Below are positions 7,611-15,314 of a stretch of 40,098 nt of DNA, one piece after another. The notes beneath the pieces are model-generated. The model had not been told where the DNA came from and did not search any database. It worked only from the letters and a program-made list of their open reading frames with translations. The stretch spans positions 1-40,098 of the forward strand of contig JBPCMC010000237.1 in NCBI GenBank assembly GCA_051002645.1, given 5' to 3'. The DNA comes from Thermomicrobiales bacterium. GTDB taxonomy: Bacteria; Chloroflexota; Chloroflexia; Thermomicrobiales; JALYUS01. Made by a program: the position numbers and the translations under genes. Each line of letters opens with the position of its first letter. Position 1 is the stretch's first letter.

Positions 7611-8780
7611 TCAGAGCGGCGCGGGTTGCAAACGCTCGCGGCGGGCGAACAGTAGAGGCGAGAGGGCGAGGGGCAACCAGAAGGTGAGGCCCCGGAAGAT
7701 AAGCGTCGCGGCGAGGGCTGCCTCGAAAGGGATGCCGCGCCGCACGAGAATGACGACCATCGCCGCCTCGAACGAACCCGCGCCGCCCGGCAGAAAGGAG
7801 ATGGCAGAGAGCGCCGTCGCCGCCGCGAAAGCGATGACGATCGTGTTCAGGTGCGTCGGGGCGCCGAGGGCGGCGAGCGCGAAGCCGATCGTGAGGCAGT
7901 CGCCGCCCAATGAGGCGAGTTGCCAGAGCACCGCGCGCACGAACCAGTCGGGCCGGGTCGCCGCCAGACGCGCGCCGTGCCAGACTTCGTCGATGAACCG
8001 CTCGATGCGCGCCTCGGTGATGCGCAGGGCGCGGATTGGCATGATCCGGCCGATGACGCGATTGCCCGCCAACGCCCACCGGACGAGCATCGGCTTCAGA
8101 CCCCGCCGCCGCAGCCAGCGCAGCCCGAAGAACGCCCCCGCCAGCGCGAGCACGACCGGAACGAGGATTTCCACCTGCTCAATCGCACTGCGCGTCACGA
8201 AGACGAGGACGCCCCACGTCGTCACGATCGCGAAGGCGACCGTATAGGAGACGATCTCCATCGTATGGACGACGAGGATGCGCCCCTCCGGGATCTTCCG
8301 CCGCCGTAGCGTCGTCACGAGATAGACGCTGCTCGTCACGCCCATCGTCGGCAGGACGCGGTTGATCGTCAGCACGACCGTCGCGACGCGGGCGAGCAAT
8401 CTCACCGGCTGCGGATACCCCTGCTGACCGAAGAGCGACGCATAGATGCGCGTCAGCGCGAGATAGGGGAGCGCCTGCGCGAGCGTGGCGAGCAGCAGCC
8501 AGCGCGGGTCCGCACCCCGGAGCGCCCCCAGGACGGCGCTCAATTCGCCCGCACGGGCCAGCGCGAGGACGGCGACGAGCGTGACGAGGCCGAGAATGCC
8601 GATGGCGCGCCAGGGGAGCCCTAACCCCCCAACCCCCCTCCCCAATGGGGAAGGGGGAGCTGTAGGGACAGTTATGCCGGAAATATCATCGCCCTTGATC
8701 CAAGAAGCATTTGCTCCCCCTTCCCCACTGGGGAAGGGGGTTGGGGGGTTAGGGGCGTCCCGCGACGACAGGGTAGCCAT
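7611..8780 (-). CDS. Flippase-like polytopic membrane protein (lysylphosphatidylglycerol-synthase TM-region / UPF0104 family)
   Basis: The first helix and loop (WRAIGILGLVTLVAVLALARAGELSAVLGALRGADPRWLLLA..) are followed by multiple TM segments, as in PF03706-type proteins. The ATG at 8780 lies 6 nt after the upstream epimerase stop. Codons ~10-54 are read straight through palindromic element 8620-8753. The start is therefore uncertain, but there is no conventional start codon between the element and TM1. Confidence 0.7.
   Translation of the reverse strand: MATLSSRDAPNPPTPFPSGEGGANASWIKGDDISGITVPTAPPSPLGRGVGGLGLPWRAIGILGLVTLVAVLALARAGELSAVLGALRGADPRWLLLATLAQALPYLALTRIYASLFGQQGYPQPVRLLARVATVVLTINRVLPTMGVTSSVYLVTTLRRRKIPEGRILVVHTMEIVSYTVAFAIVTTWGVLVFVTRSAIEQVEILVPVVLALAGAFFGLRWLRRRGLKPMLVRWALAGNRVIGRIMPIRALRITEARIERFIDEVWHGARLAATRPDWFVRAVLWQLASLGGDCLTIGFALAALGAPTHLNTIVIAFAAATALSAISFLPGGAGSFEAAMVVILVRRGIPFEAALAATLIFRGLTFWLPLALSPLLFARRERLQPAPL
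8620..8753. repeat. Nested palindromic element, family A (CCTAACCCC...GGGGTTAGG), copy 1
   Basis: The 41-nt arms 8620-8660 and 8713-8753 are reverse complements at 39/41 positions. Each arm also contains its own mini-palindrome CCCC-N3-GGGG/CCCCTTCCCC..GGGGAAGGGG. The 52-nt centre is unrelated to other copies. Confidence 0.9.
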
Positions 8781-8786
8781 CGACGG

Positions 8787-9737
8787 CTAGGTTCCTGCCG
8801 CGACGGCCATCTGCGGCGCGATGGCGTGCTGCTGGGCGCGGAACCAGTCGTAGGTGCGGCGCATTCCCTCGGTGAAGGGGACTTCCGGCTCCCAGCCGAG
8901 GTCGCACTTCGCCTTCGCGGCAGAGATGACCCGGTCGCGGTAATCGCCGGGGCGACCCGGCTGCTCCTCAATCGTCACGTCCGCGCCGACGAGGCCGCGC
9001 ACCACGTCGGCCACCTGACGAATGGTGATCGTCTCCGGGCCTTCGATGTTGTACGTCTGGTTCTGCGCCACTTCCCCGAGCGCGAGGACGTGGGCGCGGG
9101 CGAGGTCGCCGACATAGAGGAAGTGGCGGCTCGCGTGGCCGACGGTGAGCGGCTCGCCGCGCAGCGCCTTGCCGAGGAATTTGGCGATCACCAGTTCGTC
9201 GCGCATCCGGGGGCCGTAGGGGATGCCGTAGCGGAGCACGGTGTACGGGATGCCGTAGAGGTGGCTCCAGTCCGCGAGCAACATCTCCCCGGAGATCTTC
9301 GAGGAGGTGTAGACATGGTGCGTCGCGTTGGCGGCGAGCGCGGTCTCCTCGGTCAGCGGCTCGGGTGCATCGGCGGGGGCGGCGTTGTAGACCCAGACGG
9401 TGGAGGCGAGGATCACCCGCTCCACGCCCGCCCGCCGTGCCGCCTCAAGCACATTCGCCGTGCCGAGGACATTGGTGCGCACGCAGCCAATCGGATCATT
9501 GAACGCATGGTTGACATTCGAGACGGCGGCGAGGTGGAAGATCGCCTCTTGTCCATCGAAGGCGGCAGTGAGGGCGTCCACATCATCAATCGTCGCCGGA
9601 GTGAACGGCAGGTCGCTTCGATGCATTCGCACCCCAGGGAAATCGAGCGCCGTGACGTCTTTCCCCGCGCCCATCAGCGCATCCACCACATGCGACCCGA
9701 TGAAACCGCCCGCACCCGTGACCAGAACGTATTGCAC
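8787..9737 (-). CDS. NAD-dependent epimerase/dehydratase (extended SDR, UDP-sugar 4-epimerase/4,6-dehydratase family)
   Basis: N-terminal Rossmann motif VLVTGAGGFIGSHVVDAL and catalytic YTSSK (YxxxK). Confidence 0.85.
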   Translation of the reverse strand: MQYVLVTGAGGFIGSHVVDALMGAGKDVTALDFPGVRMHRSDLPFTPATIDDVDALTAAFDGQEAIFHLAAVSNVNHAFNDPIGCVRTNVLGTANVLEAARRAGVERVILASTVWVYNAAPADAPEPLTEETALAANATHHVYTSSKISGEMLLADWSHLYGIPYTVLRYGIPYGPRMRDELVIAKFLGKALRGEPLTVGHASRHFLYVGDLARAHVLALGEVAQNQTYNIEGPETITIRQVADVVRGLVGADVTIEEQPGRPGDYRDRVISAAKAKCDLGWEPEVPFTEGMRRTYDWFRAQQHAIAPQMAVAAGT

Positions 9738-9761
9738 GATGTTCCTACCTTCTAAAAATGC

Positions 9762-9821
9762 GTTCGAGGTTCGAGGTTCGAGGAAGTGTTTACCTCGAAC
9801 CCCGAACCTCGAACTGCGAAC
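9762..9821. repeat. Hairpin whose stem is a tandem heptamer (GTTCGAG x3)
   Basis: Arm 9762-9783 GTTCGAGGTTCGAGGTTCGAGG pairs with 9793-9814 at 21/22 positions. The 9-nt loop contains the aminotransferase stop codon (TAA, 9790-9792 on the minus strand). A further CTGCGAAC unit follows. Confidence 0.85.
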
Positions 9822-10944
9822 TTACCGCTTGCTCGCTCAATACTGCCGCGAGGGCGGTGAGGACGTGCCGCGCCTGATCGTCCGTCATCGTGGCGGAGAT
9901 CGGCAGGCAGAGATGCCGGCCGCAGACATCTTCCGCATTGGGCAACGATTCGGTTTTCCATTCGGCGAAGACGGGCTGCTCGTGGCAGGGCACGTCGTAG
10001 ACCTCGCCGGAGCAGGCGACTTCCCACTCCTCGCGCAGCCGCTGCTTGAACGCCGCGCGATCGATACCGGCGGGGAGCAGCACGGGATACTTGTAGTCGC
10101 AGGAGACGCCGTTCTCCGGCGGGCGGATGGGTGTCAGGTCCGGCAGGCCGGGCAATCCCTCATCGTACATATCCGCAATGTGGTTGCGGTGGGCGATGAA
10201 TTCGTCCAGCCTCCCCAGTTGCGAGAGGCCGATCACGGCATGGACTTCGGACATCCGCCAGTTGTTGCCGAGGCGCGTATGGAAGTTCGTCAGGAAGCCC
10301 GCCTTGCCCTGGTCGCGGTAGATGCGCGACTCCTCGGCGAGGCGATCGTCGTTCGTGACGATCATACCGCCCTCGCCGGAGGTCATCACCTTCGTCGGAT
10401 AGAAGGAGAACGAGGCGGCATCACCCCACGTCCCGGCGCTGCGTCCGGCGAGCGTACTGCCCTGCGCGTGGGCCGCGTCCTCGAAGAGCCAGACGCCGTG
10501 CTGATCACAGAGGGCGCGAATCGCGTCCATGTGTGGCGTGACGATGCCGCCGATATGGACGACGATCACGCCCGCCGTCTCCGGCCCGATGGAGGCGCGC
10601 AGGTGATCCACGTCCACGGACAAGGTCGTGGGGTCGGTGTCGATGAAGCGCACGCGCCCGCCCGCGTGGAGGACGGCGGCGGGGGTGGCGAAGAAGGTAT
10701 TGGTCGGGACGAGTACTTCCTTGCCCTCGACGCCGAGCGCGCGGAGCGGGATCTCGATGGCGCTCGTGCCGCTGGAGACGGCGACGGCGTGCTTGACACC
10801 GATCTTCGCCGCGAACTGCTCCTCGAACTGCCGCCCGTACTTGCCGAGCGTTAACTGGCCGGTCTGGAGGATTTCATCGATCTGGCTGAGGATCGCCGCA
10901 CGATCTTCCGGCGGGAAGTAAATACTCGCCGCAGGTACTTTCAT
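9790..10944 (-). CDS. DegT/DnrJ/EryC1/StrS-family PLP-dependent sugar aminotransferase (ArnB/WecE-like)
   Basis: I use the ATG at 10944 (MKVPAASIYFPPEDR) with GGAAGGGTGGGG upstream. Family motifs are GKYGRQFEEQFA, AVSSGTSAIE and the PLP-Lys context SFYPTKVMTSGEGG. The last 8 codons (QFEVRGSR) are encoded by the hairpin arm. Confidence 0.85.
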   Translation of the reverse strand: MKVPAASIYFPPEDRAAILSQIDEILQTGQLTLGKYGRQFEEQFAAKIGVKHAVAVSSGTSAIEIPLRALGVEGKEVLVPTNTFFATPAAVLHAGGRVRFIDTDPTTLSVDVDHLRASIGPETAGVIVVHIGGIVTPHMDAIRALCDQHGVWLFEDAAHAQGSTLAGRSAGTWGDAASFSFYPTKVMTSGEGGMIVTNDDRLAEESRIYRDQGKAGFLTNFHTRLGNNWRMSEVHAVIGLSQLGRLDEFIAHRNHIADMYDEGLPGLPDLTPIRPPENGVSCDYKYPVLLPAGIDRAAFKQRLREEWEVACSGEVYDVPCHEQPVFAEWKTESLPNAEDVCGRHLCLPISATMTDDQARHVLTALAAVLSEQAVSSQFEVRGSR

Positions 10945-11161
10945 CCGTTGTGCCCCACCCTTCCTTTTTGCTCTTCCCTTCACGCGGGCCGTAAACTTCC
11001 TCCCGCGCTTGGGTGCGATCATGGCATACGGACCATGAATGGGAGATGAAATGGCGCAGCGACCATCGCTGCAACACGTTTCGACATATACCTCTGACCG
11101 CTGCTACGATGGGGTCATACGTGCGGATGGCGTGTTCAAGTGTTCGGGAGGGGAGTCTGAA

Positions 11162-11689
11162 ATGACCGCTGTCAATCCTGGTCGACCGGCTGCCGGGGAA
11201 TATCTGCCCTACTACGAGCCGTATATCCGTCGCGTGCCGGATGGCGACCTTGGAGAAATCTTCGAGCGCCAGATCGCGGAGACGGCCGCGTTCTTCGCGC
11301 CATTCAGCCCGGAGCAGGCGCGATGGCGACCCGCGCCGAAGGAATGGAGCGTGATCGAAATCGTCGGGCATCTGGCCGATAGCGAGCGCATTTTCTCCTA
11401 CCGGGCGCTCCGCATCGCCCGCAACGATCCGACGCCCCTCCCCGGCGCCGACCTCGAAGCATACGTGCCGGCGGCGGGCTTCGAATCGCGCTCGCTCGCC
11501 GATGTCGTCGGTGAGTATGTGGCGGTGCGCCAGGCCACCGTAGCGCTCCTGCGCGGCCTGGATGCGGCGGCATGGCCGCGGATGGGGACGGCGGACGGCA
11601 ATGCGATCAGCGCGCGCGCCCTCGCGTACATTCTCGCGGGCCACGAGACGCACCATGTGGAGGAGTTGCGGAAATCCCGCGAGTGGTGA
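11162..11689 (+). CDS. DinB-family (DinB_2) metal-dependent protein
   Basis: ATG at 11162 after GGGAGGGGAG. His-triad context WSVIEIVGHLADSERIF ... ILAGHETHHVEEL is typical of the DinB four-helix-bundle family. Confidence 0.75.
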   Translation: MTAVNPGRPAAGEYLPYYEPYIRRVPDGDLGEIFERQIAETAAFFAPFSPEQARWRPAPKEWSVIEIVGHLADSERIFSYRALRIARNDPTPLPGADLEAYVPAAGFESRSLADVVGEYVAVRQATVALLRGLDAAAWPRMGTADGNAISARALAYILAGHETHHVEELRKSREW

Positions 11690-11818
11690 GGCGCACGGTT
11701 GCTCATCGCGCCGTAACGGCTCACCGAGATGAGGGAGCATGGTGGTGACGGGCTTTAGCCTGCCACAGCAAGGGAAAGCAGGGATCCAGTCTTTACAGAA
11801 ATTGCTCATGGAGGAACG

Positions 11819-12868
11819 ATGATTGACTTTGAGAATCTTCATCGCATGATCGAGCAGCGATATATCAGTGTACAGAAGCATCCGAAGCTTGACCTGTACA
11901 TTTACAACTACGCGGATAAAGCACAGTACGAGCGCGTCTGGAACAATGAGACGCTCACTTGCCGCGGCTTGATCCTGGATGGCGAGCGTAATGTCATTGC
12001 CCGTCCATTCCCTAAGTTCTTCAACTATGACGAGATGGTTGCTCACGGCGCCCAAATTCCCGCCGAGGAGTTCATCGTCACGGAGAAGCTCGATGGTTCT
12101 CTCGGTATTCTCTACTTCGATGGCGATGGACAGCCGACCCTTGCGACACGGGGGTCGTTCGTATCCGATCAGGCGCAGAAGGGAACGCACCTCTTACGAT
12201 CCAAATATGGGGGCGTCCCCTTCGCGCGTGCCTACACGTACCTGTTTGAGATCATCTATCCAGAAAATCGTATCATCGTAGACTATGGCAGTATGGAGGA
12301 TGTGATTGTACTCGCAGCCATTCATACTGAAAGCGGGAAGGAAATCTCGTATGACGAACTCCGCTCGATCGCGGGACCTATTCCTGTCGTAACCAAATAC
12401 GACGGCATTCGAGACTTTGACCAGCTAACTGCGATGGAGAAAGCAAACAGCGAGGGCTTTGTCGTCTCCTTTCTCAGTGGACAGCGATTCAAGGTCAAGT
12501 TCGCCGAGTATGTCCGCCTGCATCGATTGGTAACTGGCGTGAATGCCCGGACAATCTGGGACTTTCTGCGTAATCACCAGTCGTTTGATGACCTCTTGAA
12601 ACATGTTCCGGACGAGTTTTACCAATGGGCCGATGCTACCAAACGAACTCTTGAAAGCGAGTATGCCGCTCGTCTTACATCTGCCGAGAGCGTGCTTGCT
12701 GACCTCTCGGCACGATCTGAGACCCGGAAGGATTTCGCCCTGGAGGCGGTCAAGCACGGACAGATGACACCTCTTCTGTTCGCCCTCTATGACCAGAAAC
12801 CGATTGAGGAGATCATCTGGAAGCAACTAAGACCTACGGTGGAGAAGCCATTCAAGGAGGAAATCTGA
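11819..12868 (+). CDS. ATP-dependent RNA ligase, T4 RnlA (Rnl1) family
   Basis: It is collinear with T4 Rnl1: YNYA..W...CRGLI...RPF.KFFN. Motif I is TEKLDGS (Lys90 codon AAG at 12086-12088), motif III YLFEIIYPENRIIV, motif IV SEGFVVS, motif V RFKVKFAEY. RBS GGAGGA lies 3 nt upstream. GC is visibly low: hand counts of three 60-nt lines give 42, 48 and 50 %. Confidence 0.8.
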   Translation: MIDFENLHRMIEQRYISVQKHPKLDLYIYNYADKAQYERVWNNETLTCRGLILDGERNVIARPFPKFFNYDEMVAHGAQIPAEEFIVTEKLDGSLGILYFDGDGQPTLATRGSFVSDQAQKGTHLLRSKYGGVPFARAYTYLFEIIYPENRIIVDYGSMEDVIVLAAIHTESGKEISYDELRSIAGPIPVVTKYDGIRDFDQLTAMEKANSEGFVVSFLSGQRFKVKFAEYVRLHRLVTGVNARTIWDFLRNHQSFDDLLKHVPDEFYQWADATKRTLESEYAARLTSAESVLADLSARSETRKDFALEAVKHGQMTPLLFALYDQKPIEEIIWKQLRPTVEKPFKEEI

Positions 12869-13016
12869 GTCTCAAAAACGGACGAATCTCCGGCTCACCC
12901 GGATTCATCCCTGCGTCATGTTCCACCGCATATGCTGAGAAGGATCGGACAGGGGATGGCGAGAGAATCGTCATCGTTCGGTGCGACCGATTGGTGAGGG
13001 AGTGGGAAGGAACGCG

Positions 13017-15314
13017 ATGTTCGGACGGCGCGTTCACAGTGATGTGGACGACCTTCGTATTCATGGCGCGTGGGGAGCGCCCCGGACGCTCGCTGTGCCG
13101 TCGGGAAGCGGCGCATCGCGCACGGTGGAGCAGCGGCTGATCGCGGTCGTGCCCGCCTACAACGAAGCGCCGACCGTCGAGGGCGTCCTGACACGGCTCT
13201 ATCCGATGGTGGACGGCCTGATTATCGTCGATGATGGCAGCCGGGATGAGACGCGCGCCATCGTCACGCGCTGGATCACCGACAAGCCGCACGCCTCGTT
13301 GATCGCCTTCGACGCCAATCGCGGCCTCTCGGCGGGGTACGGCGCGGCCTTCCGCTTCGTCCGCGCGGAGGTTGCCGCCGGTCGGCTCGATGCGGGCGAC
13401 CTCATTCTGACGGTGGATGCGGACGGCCAGCACGACCCGGACGACGTCACCGCGCTCGTCGCGGCGTTGGAGCGGGGCGGGCTGGACGGCCTGATGGCGC
13501 GGCGCGATTTTTCGCTCTACCCGGCGTATAAGAAAGTCGGCAACTGGCTGATGTCCGCCTGGGCAACGCTTTGGAGCGGGCAGCGGTTCTACGATGTCGA
13601 GTCCGGCTACCGCGTCTTCCGCGCCGGGCCGCTCGGCGAGGCGACGCGCTACTACGAGGGCTACCGCTACAGCGAGACGGTCGAACTGGCGATGATCCTT
13701 CCCCGCCTCGGCTACAAACTGGGCAATAACCATCTCGTGCCCGTGCCCGTCTACCGCTCCAATACGCGTATGAAGGATGTCATTATCGACCTGATCGCCA
13801 TGCCGCTGGCATGGTGGCGGGTGATGACGCAGCGCGCGCGCCCGGCGGGGATCAAGGAGCGGTGGGCGCCGTGGCTGCCCGGCTTCGTCTTCGCCCTGCT
13901 CTTGCTCACGCTCCTGCTCGTGGCGGTCAAGCGCATTTTTTTAGGCGATGACTCCATGAGTGTCTACGCGCACGTCTGGTTCATCCAGGATCGCCTGTGG
14001 AGCGGCCACGGCATCTCGCGCACGATCGGCGTGCTCGACGATGGGCGGGCCGTGACCTTCCCGTATGCCCTGACGCCGTGGCTGCTCGGCGCGCTGATCT
14101 GGCCGCTCTTCCACACCTGGGGTGTGACGTTCCTGATGGTGATTGCCGCTGTCGGCACGCCCGCCGCCGCCTGCGTGGCCCGGCCCGTGATGCGCGATCC
14201 GTGGGTGATGCTGCTTTTCCTGCTCAATCCGTTCTATCTCGATGGCGTGCTCGCCTTTCAATTCCCCTTTCTCTGGTCGGCCTTTTTCTTCTTCCTGTTC
14301 GTCGTCGCGCTCGACCGCCGGTGGGATGTCGCGGCGGGCGTGCTGCTCTGGCTCTGCATCACGACGCACCCGCTGGCGGGCGGCATCGGCGCACTCTGCT
14401 ACCTCGCGGTGCATTTCCTCACCGAGCCGGCGCGGCGAAGGCGCTTCTTCGTTATGGGCCTGATCGCGGGCATCGCCAGCCTGCCCGCTCTCCTTCTCGC
14501 GCGGGGGACGCCCGCGCTGTCCGAGAACTCGCTGCGCGTGATCGTCTCGTCCATCGCGGACGGCTTGGTGCGCCGTGCGACGGTGCTCGTCTTTCCCTTC
14601 CTCGCCACCGCCCTCGTCATCTACGTCCGCCGCTGGTACCGGCCAATCTTCGCCGTCTGGATCGCCGGGCTGACCTTCACCCTCTTCATCGTCAACGGCG
14701 CGTTCGGCTACGCGCAGGGCGACTATGGCGGGCTTTTCCGGCAGTCGCACGACATGTACGCTCCCTACTTCGCTTCCGACCAATTCGATGCCCATGCGAC
14801 CTACCGCGTAATGGAACCGAACCAGTACGAGGACGGGCAGTACTACTTCCTCCGTCACGGTGCGCGCCTCGCCAACGAGTTCTTCTCCGAGAGCATGTTT
14901 CGCCGCTCGTGGACGGAGGGCGAGTACCGGGACTTCCTCGCCACCAAGCAGATCGACTACGTCTCCATCGAGCGCGGCTACCTCGCCCAATACCACACCA
15001 ACGAGCAGCAACTCCTCGACGCCCTGACACAGCGCGACCTCGCCCACGCCGTCTACCGCGACCCGGCCCAGCGTTACGTCATTTACGACGTGCGGCAGGT
15101 GCGTAACGGTGAAGCCTCACTCCCCGACCCCCTCTCCATCGCCCAAAGATCGGGGCACAGCAATCGTTCGTACAGCGATGGAGAGGGAGAGCAATATAGC
15201 GAAGCAATACCGCGTGGATTTCTCCCCTCTCCATCGCTGCATGGAACTGATTGTATCGTGCTCGATAGGCGATGGAGAGGGGCCGGGGGTGAGGAACAAT
15301 GCCCCGCCACATGA
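13017..15314 (+). CDS. Family-2 glycosyltransferase (polyprenyl-phosphate sugar synthase-like) fused to a ~10-TM domain and a C-terminal soluble domain
   Basis: ATG at 13017 after GGAAGGA. GT2 core AVVPAYNEAPTVEGVL..IIVDDGSRDET..LTVDADGQHDP. From about residue 290 there are ~10 hydrophobic helices; the first loop contains FLGDDSMS. A ~150-aa soluble tail follows. The last ~65 codons are read from palindromic element 15115-15294. Confidence 0.8.
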   Translation: MFGRRVHSDVDDLRIHGAWGAPRTLAVPSGSGASRTVEQRLIAVVPAYNEAPTVEGVLTRLYPMVDGLIIVDDGSRDETRAIVTRWITDKPHASLIAFDANRGLSAGYGAAFRFVRAEVAAGRLDAGDLILTVDADGQHDPDDVTALVAALERGGLDGLMARRDFSLYPAYKKVGNWLMSAWATLWSGQRFYDVESGYRVFRAGPLGEATRYYEGYRYSETVELAMILPRLGYKLGNNHLVPVPVYRSNTRMKDVIIDLIAMPLAWWRVMTQRARPAGIKERWAPWLPGFVFALLLLTLLLVAVKRIFLGDDSMSVYAHVWFIQDRLWSGHGISRTIGVLDDGRAVTFPYALTPWLLGALIWPLFHTWGVTFLMVIAAVGTPAAACVARPVMRDPWVMLLFLLNPFYLDGVLAFQFPFLWSAFFFFLFVVALDRRWDVAAGVLLWLCITTHPLAGGIGALCYLAVHFLTEPARRRRFFVMGLIAGIASLPALLLARGTPALSENSLRVIVSSIADGLVRRATVLVFPFLATALVIYVRRWYRPIFAVWIAGLTFTLFIVNGAFGYAQGDYGGLFRQSHDMYAPYFASDQFDAHATYRVMEPNQYEDGQYYFLRHGARLANEFFSESMFRRSWTEGEYRDFLATKQIDYVSIERGYLAQYHTNEQQLLDALTQRDLAHAVYRDPAQRYVIYDVRQVRNGEASLPDPLSIAQRSGHSNRSYSDGEGEQYSEAIPRGFLPSPSLHGTDCIVLDRRWRGAGGEEQCPAT
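15115..15294. repeat. Nested palindromic element, variant B (CCTCAC...GTGAGG), four arms
   Basis: Arm 15115-15143 (CCTCACTCCCCGACCCCCTCTCCATCGCC) is near-complementary to 15268-15294 (GGCGATGGAGAGGGGCCGGGGGTGAGG). The inner arms 15175-15191 (GCGATGGAGAGGGAGAG) and 15222-15237 (CTCCCCTCTCCATCGC) are also complementary. Confidence 0.85.

Noticed and set aside
10874-12190. Long antisense or overlapping ORFs in the six-frame track. Examples are 91-981(-), 2109-3002(-), 6408-7346(-), 10874-12190(-), 13941-15047(-), 15083-16108(-), 17376-18941(-), 19098-20717(-), 25623-26399(-), 26290-27444(-), 30575-31705(+) and 35403-36854(+).
   Set aside because: Each lies opposite to, or out of frame with, a gene that has clear family motifs. 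Their translations are Arg/Ala/Gly/Pro-rich low-complexity strings with no recognisable motif, as expected from stop-codon-poor alternative frames in ~68 % GC DNA.
11717-12899. The 9-mer CGGCTCACC at both edges of the RNA-ligase island (11717-11725 and 12891-12899), read as a target-site duplication.
   Set aside because: A single 9-nt GC-rich match between two ~130-150-nt intergenic stretches is plausible by chance. No terminal inverted repeats or integrase/transposase accompany it.
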